Shown here piece after piece: positions 1 to 13,513 of a DNA stretch of 64,000 nt; position 1 is the stretch's first letter, and each line of letters opens with the position of its first letter. The stretch lies in the NCBI RefSeq assembly GCF_009914755.1, contig NC_060925.1, one strand, 5' to 3'. Made by a program: the position numbers and the translations under genes. This stretch comes from the human T2T-CHM13v2.0 reference genome, Homo sapiens. The notes below the pieces were generated by a model. That model did not search any database, was not told where the DNA came from, and saw only the letters and a program-made list of their open reading frames with translations.

Positions 1-2189
1 CAAACTTAAGTAAACATATGTTAAATAACTGAATAAATGCTTTTCCAGGGATACCTAAGGGAACACAAATATTCTGGATGGAAGAGGACTAGGGCGTGGG
101 TGGTGAATGTACCACGGGAATGTGTAATAATGGGCAAAACCCTTGGGGACTCTTTGAGCCTGAGTTTTCTCAACTAAATAGGAATGACAATTCAACCTTG
201 AGGAATTGCTATGGAGAACAAGCAAAATCTTGTCATTACCAAACCAGCTCAGAACAGGGAATTGTCTCAGAGATGCAGAATATCAACACTAGAGGGGATT
301 GTGAAGACTAACTTGTGCTAACCTTTCCACTAACATATGAGAAGCCCAGGCCTGGAGAAAGGGAGTAGGTATGGGGCAGAATCCACTGCTACCTGCCCAT
401 ATGCTGAGCCCTTCCCTGGGCACAGAGCCAGCCAGTCTGCCTCCTGTTGCCATCCATGCTGCAGGTGCACCTGCTATAAGCATTCTTTCTCTGAGGCACC
501 CTTTTCTTTCCACCGAGAAGGGTTTTGCAAAGAGAAGCCTTTAAAAGCTTTTAATTGACCTCGACCAGTCACTTCCTGACTATTCCCAAGCCTGACTAAT
601 CCTCACTTCATCTTGTCTTGGCCTTTCCATAAGGACTGAGAGACAAGAAGGTAGGAGGCCCTGTCTCTCCAGTCCCACCTCTGCTATATTCATCATCCTT
701 TTCAACCTATTCCACCTGTCAGGGACCTTGCTCATCTCTGCTTAAGTCCTCACCCTTCACCTGCCTAAGCTCTACTCATTCTTCCAGATTCAGCTTTCTT
801 GAAACCTAGTATCAGACTGAGTTAGGAGACCCCACTCTACCTAGAACTCTGTGCTCCCACACCTGTCTCGGTTTTTCTCTCTGTCAAAGCACGAATCACA
901 ATCTAATAAAACTGTAACCACATTGTTTCCCCCCAACAGACTGGGACACTCAGGCATTCCCTCTCTACCCCAGGCCAGGAGAAAACAAACACCCATAGTG
1001 ACTTTGTAGGAACCTGAACCAAATGAGGGAGACAAACTGTGATGAGAACTGCTTAGAAGTTGAGATATTCGTATCTGATTCTAACCCTAGATGCTGTGCA
1101 ACCTCTAGGGGGGACTTCTCTGGGTCTCAGTTTCACTATCTACGAAAGTAGCATTTCAAACCAGAGAATCTAAGAAGATTCCCCCAGCTCGAAGTCTCTA
1201 ATTGTCTGCAAGGTAATAATGGCAGGTAAAGTGGCAAAGGAGACAGAAGGAGAAGGCAGGAGAGTGGGTGTGGTGGCCCTTGGAGCCCCTAGCATTAGTC
1301 AGGGAAGTGGTAGAAGGAGAAAGGTGCAAATGGAGGAAGGTTTTTGGAGGAGCCCCCATAGAATTTCAATCATTCTCATTTCCTGTGGGTAACAGCACTG
1401 AACGAAAAGCTTCTCAGGTTGATTAAAAGGCTTTCGTTAGACTCTAGATATTAATCACCTGCAGTTGCCGGGAATGTCTCCCTCTGCGAGGGAGCATTTG
1501 AGATTATTGCTTAATTAACAAGGTTTATAACAGTGCTAATGTGTCCTATTAAAAAAGTTATAAAAATTAACCGGAACGCAATGCTGAGGCTCATTTAGAA
1601 AACTCAGACACTCCACAAAAGGTCATTTGACCTTAATAGGTTTAACTGTCATTCTGGAGCTTGTCATTAGAGCAAGACTCTGCTTCAGCTCTCCTGCTTT
1701 TGTCTTTCCAAAGCAGCGTCAATGTTTGCCCCATCCCTCTGCTATCGGGTAAGGAACTATTTTAAAATCAAAGAGAAGAAGAAGAAATCCTCACCAACTC
1801 TGTGAGCATAAAGGCTTTTCTATTTTTTTATATGGCAAATGTGACTACATGTAACAAAATCAGACAAAATAAATACAAACAATCTCAATCCAGCAGACAG
1901 CTTGCATGGGAAGAACCAACCAAATGCAATCTGGAACAGCTCAAATAATTAGGCTAAAAACAGTGGTTATATTGTGGGATAGGAGACAGATGTCAAACCT
2001 GCCTGTCTTTAGTAAAAAAAAAAAATCAACATTATATTTCAGTAATACAAGAAACCTCTGGTGACAGCAGGTAGCCTGAAAGCCCAGTTCAGCTTGGCTG
2101 TCTCTAATCAGATGTATGGCCTTGGGCAAGTTAATTTCCTTCTCATTCACGTACAAGGCAAGCATTTATAGGCAATAAGGGTTAGACAA

Positions 2190-4190
2190 GTCTCCTAGGA
2201 GGCAAAGATACAGTAAGAAGAGAACTGAGGTAGGCACTGGGTGCTCTAAGATGAATGACAGCAGCATCCACCCACCCCAAAAGGTCAGAGATGATTTCCT
2301 GAAGGAAGGCTCACCTAAGCAGATCTGGGTGGTAAGCAGCAGTTAGCCAGGCAAAGCAGCACAGATGGAAGGTAGGTAGTGGGACCTGTGTTCCAGGCAT
2401 CCGGAAAAGTATTTGCAAATTCCCCAAGGTGACAGGGAACAAGGCTTGTTCACGAAATACAGCAGTTCACCATGGTAATAACTTAAAGTTCAAGGGGAAT
2501 ACTGCTGAAAAATAATACAGGAGATATAGCCAGAAACCAGATTACACAGGTGCTTCTATGGCATGTTTAGAAGCTTACCCTTCAACAGTGAACATTCTGA
2601 ACAGGCTGTGACTGGGTGGTGGTCAAGGGATATCTGATTTCTGAAGATTGCTCTGGTTACATAATGGAGAGAGGAGTCTGGAAGCTGCCAGAGTAATGGA
2701 GGGGAGAAATGAGTGTGGGCTATGAGAAGGGCAGTACTGTGGAGAGATGCAGATGGTTCTCTCCATATTTGGAAAAAGTAGAGAAACTTTAAAATGGCTT
2801 AGAAAATGGGGGAGTGGATCAGCAGTGGTTTAAGAGAGATTTGGGGCCAAACAGATGGGTAGTGAGGGATGTGGAGGAGTCAAGGATGAGACCTGGGTGC
2901 CTGGCTGGTGGTACTATTCACCAAGACAGGGAACATAGAAGAGGCAAAGGCTTCACAGAGAAGGAGAGGAAGAAAGAGAGAGAAGTGAGCAGTGCAGTTT
3001 TGCCAATGTCATGTGGGCATCTGTGAAGAGATAACCAGTGGGCACTTTGATCATAGATCAAGAAATCAGAAGTGTGAATTGAGTCAAATACAGATTTGGG
3101 AATCATCATTCATTGAATCAACAAATATTTATTGAGCACTTACTATAGGCTAGCCCTGAACAAGATGCTCATAAAGTTTAATTCTAATGGAAGTGGGAGA
3201 AGAAAGAAAATTAACAAGTAAAAAAAGTAAATAGGAAATGCTATGCAGAGACTTGGAGTAGGGTGATGTGACAGACAGCAATGGAGAGGCTACTTTAGAC
3301 TGAGTGGCTGGGGAGGCCTCTCTCAGTGACAGGGAGGGAGGGCACGCAGATCAGGAGCAAGGGAGTAGCAACAGAAAGGACCTGGAAGAAGGCCTCCAGG
3401 GCTACAGCACAATAGCAAATGGGAAGTGTGGTATAAGATGAGGTCAGAGGCGTCCCAAAGGCAGATCATCTGTAACAGGTGAGGAGTACAGATTTCAACC
3501 CAAAGTCAAGGGCACACTGAAGGCAATGGGAACAATAGGAAGTGAGGAGAGAAGCTGAGGAGTGCTTGGTAGGATCAGCGAGAAGATGGCTGGACACAGA
3601 GGAGAGGGCCCATCAAGGAGACTGAGAAACCAGAGAGATGGGAAGAAATCCCCAGCGTGCAGAACAGGTTTCTCAGTGAAGGAGGAATGATCGTGTCAAA
3701 CAGTGCCAGTGAGACTGTGAGAAACACACAAGGATTTAGAGACGAGGAAGTCACTGGGGACCTTGGTGAAAACACATTAAGCAGAAGGCTGGGAGGGGAA
3801 GGCAAATGGCAAAGGCATTACCAGGGAACACACACAGTGGGTGTAGCTCGTCTTTCCAGGAGCCTGCATGTGAAAGAAGGGAGATATGATAGCAGCTGGG
3901 TGACAGAGTGCCCTTTAAGGAGGGTTTCTTTGCTTTTGTAAGAAATGAGTGATCAAATATATTTACATGATGCTGGGAAGGAACCAGTAGTAGAGCAGGA
4001 GCATAACTGAAGGAACAAGGTACTTAGGAAGGCAGGTGGACTGAAATCCAGAGCCCAGATGGAGAGAATCACCAGCCCCAAATAAGGAACTCCTTTGGGA
4101 CAGGAGGCAGGAAAATGGAGGACATAGTTAAGTCTGTAGGTGTGATGCCTCAAAACTGTGGAAATTCCTTTATTTTCCTCTGTGAAAGAA
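2190..4190 (-). mobile_element. Degenerate L2 fragments (at least two)
   Basis: L2 3' end in antisense at about 3108 (CATTCATTGAATCAACAAATATTTATTGAGCACTTACTAT) with purine-rich L2-like body sequence on both sides. Boundaries approximate. Confidence 0.6.
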
Positions 4191-5664
4191 GAGACAAGGC
4201 CTATCTCTTTGATTGATGCGAACTATCATATTTGGAAAAAGTAAAAAAATTTAAAAACGGCTTGGAAAATGAGGTAGTAGATCAGGGAGGGAAACTCACA
4301 CAACTTGGCAGATGATGCTGAGTTCCAGCTGGGGTTGGAGCTAAGGAGTGTGTAATGGCCCAAGCCACATGCATGGCTGAGGTGTATTCTTCTACATTGC
4401 TGCACTGCTACAATCCTAGGCAGCCCTGACTATCTTACGAGGTAAGATGATTTCAGCTTAGTTTTCAGCTAAGAAATCTGAAACATGGAGAGAAAGTGAT
4501 TTACAAGAAATCACACAAAATTTGGTCAGGCGATCAGCTTGTGGGTCTCTGTGTTTCTTCTGTTCAACCTTCGTTTACTGAGTGCCTACTATGTGCCAGA
4601 CACTATGTTTGGAAATGAGGCCACAGAGATGAATCAGATACAGTCCCCAGATCCCTGAAGGAGACACACAGCAGATGATTTTATACCATGTGATAATGGC
4701 AGGAATAGACAGTTATCTGAAGGCACCCAGGACCTCCTGAGTCACGTTCCAACAAACATAGCAGAATTAGAGGTCGGTCACCTACCAGGCAGGGCAGGGC
4801 AGGGCTGCATCCCCAGGATGGCCTTTTTCTCAGGGTGACCTCCCAAATCAGGCTTTACCATTTCAGACAGCAGCAAGACGAAAGGTTACCTCTGATTATC
4901 CAAAAATAAGCGGCTGCCTAAATCAATTAATCCGGAGTCAGCCAGGCAAGGGAGGCAGCTATGTTACAGCAGAACAAGCCCCAGACCAGAGTCGGCGGGT
5001 GTGTGTTTGAATCTAGGCTCTGAAACCTTATAGCTTTGACCTCAGGCTGGTTGCTTACCCTATGTCCTGCCACCTTGAACTCCAAAATACACCCTACACT
5101 TGGGCATATTTCTCCACCTCCACTGCTGTGCCCTTAGTCTATGGCAGCAGCATCTCTCACCAAGAGCACTGTATCAGCTTTGTAACTCATCTCCCATGTG
5201 GTCACTCCATGACTGGAAGACCTCCATTGCCCTTTGACTCCAGCAAATCCAAGCTGCTTACTGTGGCCTTCCCAGCCCTACAAGACAGGCTCTCGCCCAC
5301 CTCCCTGACCTCACTCTTCCTTCTACATCCCAGCCATCTGGGGCTTCTTCACACCCGGAGCATGCCAGCCTTCATACCTGCTGCTTATTCTGCCTGATTT
5401 GCCACCCCTCAGACCATTATAAAGATGCTTCTTCCACATCCAGATTGCAGCTCAAATGTCACCTCCTCAAACAGAACTTCTCCAACTACCCCAGTGAATG
5501 CAGCCCTCTCTGTCCTACCACATCATATGAGCAAGCTCACAGTACCTGAAGTTATCGAGCTTGTTCCTGGACATATTTGTTGTCTGCCCCCAGGGTCTGC
5601 TGAAAACATATGTGTTGACTGACTGAGTCTTACTTTCTTTATGAAGACATGGCAGACCTGGACA

Positions 5665-5870
5665 CTAGTCAGTGGTTAGGAGCACAGATTCTGAAGACAG
5701 CCTGCTGGCTCGGGTTCCTGGCTCTCCTCCCACTAGCTGTATAACCTGGTCAAGTTACTTAACATTTCTGTGTCTCAGTTTCCTTGTCCGTAAAATAGGA
5801 ATTATAATAGTAGCCAACAGTAGGGTTGCTATGAGGATAATGAGTTAACATACATAAAAGTGTTTTTTAA
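5665..5870 (+). mobile_element. MIR (representative of many MIR fragments in the window)
   Basis: Core CTAGCTGTATAACCTGGTCAAGTTACTTAACATTTCTGTGTCTCAGTTTCCTTGTCCGTAAAATAGG. Confidence 0.8.
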
Positions 5871-6113
5871 AAGAGAACCATTTAACAAAAACCCCTAAAT
5901 CCTGAAACACAGTTAAGTGCCTAAAATAATTAGCAACTACTTTATTCTCTTTGCTCCCTCTACACCATGGTCTGTCTCTATAGTTTGTGTTTTCTGTAGA
6001 GTAACTAGTTGTTTTTGTGTTTATCTTCCCTGTGAGAATATGAACTCCTTGCAGATGAAGGCTGTGTCTTACCCCTCTTTGTGTCTTCAATACCCATTAG
6101 AGGGCCTGGCAAA

Positions 6114-6315
6114 GAATGGATGGATGGAGGGAGGGTGGGAGAGAGGGAGGAAAGAAAAAAGACAGAGGAGAAAGAAGAGAGGAGGAAGGAGAGAAAGTAG
6201 AGGAAGGAGGAAAGGAAGGAAGGAAAAAGGAGGAAGGAGGAAGGAAGGAGGGAAGAAAGGAAGGAAGTAAGGAAGGAAGAAGGAAAAAGGAAAGGAGGGA
6301 GGGAGGAAGAGAAAA
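6114..6315 (+). repeat. About 200-bp polypurine (GGAA/GAGG-rich) low-complexity tract
   Basis: Almost exclusively G/A. Confidence 0.95.
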
Positions 6316-6979
6316 TTCCAGAGTCCAGGATACAGCCCTATCTTTAGGGAGACAAATGACTCCCTGTCTCTTTGCCTGCCCTCCAACCTCTCCCATATAC
6401 CAGAAAGGAACCAGAAAGGAAGCTGAATCTAGTGACTACCAGCTGGTCTTCATCTCATTAACTGCTCCAGGCACAATGCTAGAACCACCAAGAACTGCGT
6501 CCCCTAGCCTTGACCTTTCCTGCTCTGGGTACACAGCAGCATTCCTTTCCCATCTCCATGCCTTTGTTCAAGATGCTTCTGCCTCCAGAAGAGCAATACC
6601 TCACCATACACATCTGTGTCTCCTAGTCTGCCGTATTCTTCAAGGCCCAGTTCAGTGACCCCCGTCCCCAGGAATTCTTCCCTGATTTTCCAGCTAAGGG
6701 TATCCTCCCCTCCTGAGAACTCCCTTAGCACACCATCTGTCCCTTTCTCATGCTAATTCCTTGTGGAATATAATCGTACTTGTGTCCACAGCTCATCTGC
6801 CCTGGTAAATGTGAGCTCTTCTGGGGCATTTGGGTTATCCGCTTGGTGTCCCCGGGCTCAGCCCAGGGTCTGGCATGCAGAAGCTTCATAAGTAATCGTT
6901 GAATTGAATTGTGCCTAACACATTCTTGACAGAGTAAAAGACAGAATCCCAGCCATTGTGTTTCCACTCAGTGACCTAC

Positions 6980-7193
6980 CTCTGACGATGCTTAGTTTGT
7001 GAGGCGAGAGGGGTGGTTTAGGGACTGCATCTTTCTTTTTTTTTGTGGCGACGCCTGTGACGCTTCTGTTTTTCAGAACATCTGTTCCCCAAATCATAAC
7101 TGCCAAGTTCTTCGTGTACTTGGAATCTCCTTGGGTTACTTGTAGCTGGTGCCATTTCTCCTCATCAACCCAAATCCCGCTTCCCAGATGGAC
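6980..7193 (-). CDS. BEND5: BEND5 coding exon 5 (VHLGSGIWVDEEKW...KLSIVR; 214 nt; most of the BEN domain)
   Basis: Acceptor TTCCTCTCTCAG|GTCCAT, donor AGAG|GTAGGT. BEN-type motif LAVMIWGTDVLKNRSVTG...PKPPLSP. Ends phase 1 without a stop, so the terminal exon is outside the window. Confidence 0.96.
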
Positions 7194-7676
7194 CTGAGAG
7201 GAATAAGAACACCAGCACCTGTTTAGTCCGACAGGAGGGCAGTGGGAGGCTTCTCTTGTCCTTTAAAAAGCATTGCTGCACAACTGTAAGAGATTCATGT
7301 CATAAATACGAAATTAACTCTCTTTAAGGGTAATCGTAATAGCTATCATCTACTGAATACGTGTAGTGTGCCAGGCCTTATTCTAGGGCTTTATATTTGC
7401 TATCTTAAATCTTCATGGCAATTGTGGATAGAAGGCATTATAACACCATTTTCCTTTCAGATGGAAACACCGGTTCAGACAGGTGAGGTGACTTGCTGAA
7501 CATCATTCAACTAGTAAGTGGCAGAGTTGATATTCTACACTATACTTAGTTTATCACAAGGCTGCTCAGAGCCTTACCAAATCTCAGGACACCCATGCTT
7601 AACTTCTTTCTGTGTTACACTATGGAAAGACCCACCTTCCTTTAATGTGAACATTCTGGGACATATACCTTCCTAG

Positions 7677-8157
<481 letters not shown>

Positions 8158-11100
8158 CAGCTCAAGTAAGGAGAGCAGCTGCCCTGCCAATTGGAGTAGG
8201 GCTGTGCCAGTCCTTTCCCACCTCTGAGCTTCATTTCCCTACCTATGAAGTGGTGGAGCTGGATTTCATCTCAAAGTTCCTTCTGGCTCAAAACACCTAT
8301 GATTTTAAACACAACCACAAGGTACCCAGTTTGATTCCGACGGCACAAAGAACAAAACACAATCTTATGCTCCCTATGAGTTTCAGTGCAGAGCCAATAA
8401 GACCCAGAATGTTCCAGAAATAAGCTATAAGATTTTAATTTGTTCTCCTTTCTGCATCTTTAGTAAATCTAAAAAAGAAAAAAGAGTATAAAATTTAGAT
8501 CTCACAAGTCATTTACTAACATTAATCATTAAAAAAACAGTGTTCACTTTGACATTGCCATTTATGTCATGCTTCTGCTGAGTCTGTGAAGGGACGAAAT
8601 GGCCTCTGTGGGGACAGAGGGCGGCAGCTGCTAATGAGCTAAACTTTCTAAGGGACATGAGAAGGACCTGCCAAAGGTCCTTGTTTTCAGAAAGGCCTGC
8701 AGTTTGCCAATATCACATGGTCAGAGACATCTCTGGAGAGGTCCCTGGTCTAAGAGACTGGATGCATACCCAACTAATGGCAGACCAGCAAGATCAATTG
8801 TTCAAAAAACAATTAAAGATCTTTCTACTACTGGAGCTTGGCTTGGGAAGGAAGGTGAATACACATAGTTAGGCAGTCAGGTCAGCCAGCAAAACTTCTT
8901 CCTTTACCAATTACTGAAATTTTCCAACCATCAAGAAGAAAAAAAATAGCAATGCAGCCCACCCATGAATGTAAGTCAACAATCTACCTGCACGTCTGAC
9001 TTCACCTCCTTTTGCTCAAAAGATCAGTCAGACTGCTGCAGGCAATCAGATAACTAGATCCACCTGGCCTCTCTGTGCTGTAAACTTCAGTACTGCAAAT
9101 CTGTTCATCCGCTCAGGAAAGATAAGCAGCCTTGGAGTGAGATGTACTACCTGGCTGCTGGCTAGGCAACACGGACACCAAGGTCAAGTGTGGCCTTTTC
9201 TCCGCAGTTCGAACTGCAGGTGGGCAGTCTGTGTGCCAGACTGGGCATGCTGGGGACAAGTTCCCCACTGCTCCCTGCTGGACCCTGCATCACTTCCCTT
9301 GATGACACTTGAAGCCACCCACACAAGCTTCCTGAGATAGGAGAAAAACAAGGAACTTTGAATTACATTAAATTCTGAATCAGAAAATCATAGAGATGGA
9401 TGCCAACTTTACATTTTTCAAAAATCTCTGCTTTTTTCCCCCACCACTGATCCTTGCTTTCCTGTGATCTTTTAATTTGTTATTCTTGAAAGGGAGATGA
9501 AAGTCCTTTTAGCCAATGTTCTACAAGAGAAAAGGGGTACTAGTATTTTTTGAGTACCTGGTTCACGTACAATGAACCAGGTATTGTACATTCAATTTAT
9601 TTATTCCTCATAATGACCTTAAGAGATGGAAATAGGTAGAAATTATTTTCCCATTTTACAGATGTAAACAGAGATTCAGAGGGACTATGTAACTTTTCCT
9701 AAGGTACACAATCAGTCAATTTTGGAATCAAGATTCAAACCCAAATCCTGAAGCTTCTGCTCTCCCTGTCTTCCTTGCTGCCACCACGGTGGTACTGATG
9801 TAGATCAAAGACAGCAGACCTAACACATCAATGTTCAGTTAGTTTTCCTTTTGAGTTTCCTCTGTATCTGCCTGGCTACTTCCCACACCAGCTCCCAGTG
9901 CAGTTCACCACTGCAGACAGGGAAACCAGGAAAACAGCCACCGACTGGCCTTTGCCTCCAGTCCTTGCTCCCTTCAACCCGCCCATCCTATAATCACAAC
10001 AGATTAAGTTCCCTAAAATACCTCCTTCCTTATTTGACTAGATGACTTCTGCAGTCTTTCAACTGTGTTTTTAGGTAAATCCTCTGGAATTTTGAATGGC
10101 TCCCTGTTTTCTATCACATTTAATCCAACTTCCTCAGCCTGGCTTTGAAGGCCCATTAGAATCCATTCTGTTCACTACTACTTCATTTCTCTACTATATT
10201 CATCTACATAGTCCATCTACACTACAAAATTCCGGAACTTGTTCATTTCCCGCTACTTCCAGTGTGCCGTAACATCAAGAGGATGGGTGCTGGAGCTGCC
10301 AGCCTGGGTGTAAATCTCAGCTATTCTACCTGCGTGCTGGTTAACTTGGGCCAGTCACTTTATTTCCTGAGCCTTACTTTTCTCAGCTATACAGTCAGCA
10401 GATCAGTGCTACCTCAGAGTTGCTGAGAGGGTTAAATGAGAAAAGATGTGTAAAGTGTCAGGAGGACACAGCAACTGTTACATCCTTTACCCTCTTTCCC
10501 CTCCCCATGTTTCCGCTCCTGCCATTCTCTTGTCCAGGAATAAATGTTTTCCCTACGTTTTCTTAAGCCTGCTAATCTTTCAAGTCCCAGTCTAAAATTC
10601 AGGAAACACTCCTTAATTACTGCAGAGCTAAGTTCTATCCTTTATGAATTTCTAGCTCACTTAGAGCCTTTGCCACCTGATTCAGTCCTTCACAGTACAT
10701 GTCAGTGGGGAGGGTCAAGGCTTTGCCTCTTCTGTCCCCTACAAAGTGATAAGGGCTAGTCTGTACACAAAGCAGTAAGAAATTGATGGGCATATTTAAT
10801 GTCTTTATGGAACTGTTTTTCACTTCTGATGAGCTGCTGTTCCTTGGAGATGAAAATATTTTCTGACATTCACTCAAGTACAAGGCCAACTTTAGAACAC
10901 AGAAAGAAATGGGCTTTGCTATGACCAATCACAGGTATAGGCCGGGGCATTTGAGACAAGGGCCCCTGAGGTTAGCAAGGCTCAAGGTCACCTGGAGCAA
11001 TGTTCAGTTTTCAGGGATGTAGCAGAACAGACTGGTGAGAGTACTGGCCTGGGAACCAGGAGGTCTGGCTTTCAGTTCCTGCCTGCCTCTAACCTGTTAT

Positions 11101-13364
11101 GTAATTATAGAGGAGTCCCTTCTCTGGATATGTTTCCCTACCCATACTATGTATAAATTAGGTTATTTAAAATTTGATGGTCTTTGCAGCTTTATGATTC
11201 AATGAGTTTTTGAAATAAAACATTTAGACAAAGAAACACAATGCACTTTACCCAAATCAGAAATTTGTGTGGCAAGCCTGATTCATGTAAACCACAGTAT
11301 ACTATTTGACCAAAGTGTTAGTGTTATGTGTCAAAGGAGGTTATTAAAAATATGGCATCTGGTAGGATGGAACTTGATCAAAATATATTTAAGTGAAAAG
11401 TTTTATAGGACAAAAATCATTTCCTACTAGGAAATGTGTCCCATTCCAGTGCTCTAAGCCTTGCAGAGATTAAGGCCTCTGATCGTGCAGACAGAAGGAA
11501 GGGTCAGACAAGACAGCAGAGCCAAGAACAATGAGGGCTACTTCTGGGATGTGGAGATGCTGTTCTGGGAAGCTGCCATCATTTCCAGTGCGTCCACTTC
11601 CTTTCCTCTGCATTTAAAACTCTCTCTGCCTGACTACCAATTAGGTGCAAATAAAAACCAGGTTAGTCTTATAGCAACATGCTGGCAAAAACCAATGAAA
11701 AAACAAAATAGGCATTTTCAAGATTTGCTGTTCAACTCACGTGTAAAAATATTAAATGAGATTTGAGAGACTCATTTTCTGGGGGAAGAATGCTATCTTT
11801 GCAAAAGAGGCCCCCTATAATGCTCTGAAACTATCCATCAGCCTTCAAGGCAAGGGAGAAATAGATTTCTCTTGGAAGCTACTTTAAGAAAAACTCTCTA
11901 GTCACTCCACAATGTGTTCATGACTAAAAAGAAATCAACAAACATAGCATAGTCCTATCTTTTATCTTTGATTGGGGAAGGTTCACCAAACTTAGATACA
12001 CAGTTTGAATCAGAAAGGCCTTTGGAGAGCATCAATCCAATCCCATCTTTCACAGACAAGGATGCCGAGACCCAGAGAAGTGAAGGATCTTTGCAAGGTC
12101 ACACAGGTAGGACAGATGTAGAGCTATGCTAAGAACTCAGGCTCCAGGCTGCCGACTTCCAACTTGTCATGCCACCTCTCCTCTGCAAAGCTGACGTTTC
12201 AAGCCTGCTGAAGGCAGCAAGGCAAGGCAGAATGGGCCTGTGGCCTGGCCCATCAGCTTTGCCTCTGCAGGGGAGGAGGCGCTCAGTGGGAGATGCAGGG
12301 AACGACACCACATCCAAGAGAGTCCTGAAAACTAATACGTTTCATTTCCTCAGCTTGACAATATTTGCTTTGGCTCAGGTTGGCCAGTTGCAGAGACATA
12401 TCTGGACAAACCCAAATAAAACAAATTTTTCTTTCTCATCAACCTAACAGAGAATGATACTAAATAAACAGAGACCTTTTGAAGCATGAGGCAAGAAAAA
12501 TGAACCAACACATGACGCGTTAAGGAGAATGAGAGGCGATGTCTGTAATGCATGCCACAGTGGCAGAGAACATAACGCTAAAGCTGAATTTCACCAGTGC
12601 CAACACAAAGGGCTCTGATGTACTTCTTCAAAGATCAATTCAATTGAATGTTAGAAGAATGTCAGAAAAATTTCCTCCCCTGCCCTGCTGGTATATCATC
12701 ATGTGACTTTAAGATTTTTCACGAGCGATTCCATTACTAATAATCTTAAGTTTTTGTTTATGATTTGTTTTCAAGGTCATATAAATAACGCTGAGTAGTT
12801 CTATAAGGTCCTAGGACTGTGCGCTAACCACTGCTGCATACACAGCTTGAAGGAGGCTTGGGGATAAGGGAGTATGTCTTGTTCTTCCCTGTATTCCTGT
12901 TATCTAGCACAGGGCTTAGAACATACAGATACTTTCTAAGTGGTGAATGAACACAAACTGAGTTGTTATCTGTAAATAAGATACTTCATTTCCAGTTCAC
13001 CTGATAAATTTTAGGCATCTGGTTACATAGGAAGGTGGGACAAGTTTCATCAAACTATCATGGGAATTAAGAAATATCTTTGTCACTAGTAAGCTATTTT
13101 AAAATGTCAATTTACTTTTACAGTTGCTTTGGATCAATATTTTTTAAAAAAAGAAAGAAAGAAAGAAAAAAAGGAAGAAGGAAGAGAAAACGCCCCAGCA
13201 AAGCTACGCTACTGATAGTATACAAATTCCAGAAACAGTCATTCAGGGCTAGGCCAGGAGGCCAACCAGTCAAGCTGCGATTTGGAAAGCTCCCACCATA
13301 CTCTCCACCTTTACTCTGACTAACAAACACTTGCAGGGAATGGATATTGAGCTTAAAACACTAC

Positions 13365-13513
13365 CTTGCCATTGTCTAGGATATACTTGTCCATGACAGG
13401 CGCAGGAGCGGGGTAATAGGACGACGTATTTGCTTCCTCACTGAAAGTGCTCCGTAACTCCGGCTCGGGCTCGAGACATTCTGACTTTACTTTTTCCAGA
13501 TCAATGGCGGGAC
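13365..13513 (-). CDS. BEND5: BEND5 coding exon 4 (GPAIDLEKVKSECLEPEPELRS...DKYILDNGK; 149 nt)
   Basis: Acceptor TTTTCTTAACTGCCTAG|GTCCC, donor AAG|GTAGTG. Continues the frame from exon 3 (745+149=894 nt). Local CpG retention typical of a coding exon. Not in the ORF track; read by hand. Confidence 0.95.

Noticed and set aside
5917-6658. ORFs of 99-180 aa rich in E/G/R/K or F/L/P/S
   Set aside because: Artefacts of the GGAA low-complexity tract.
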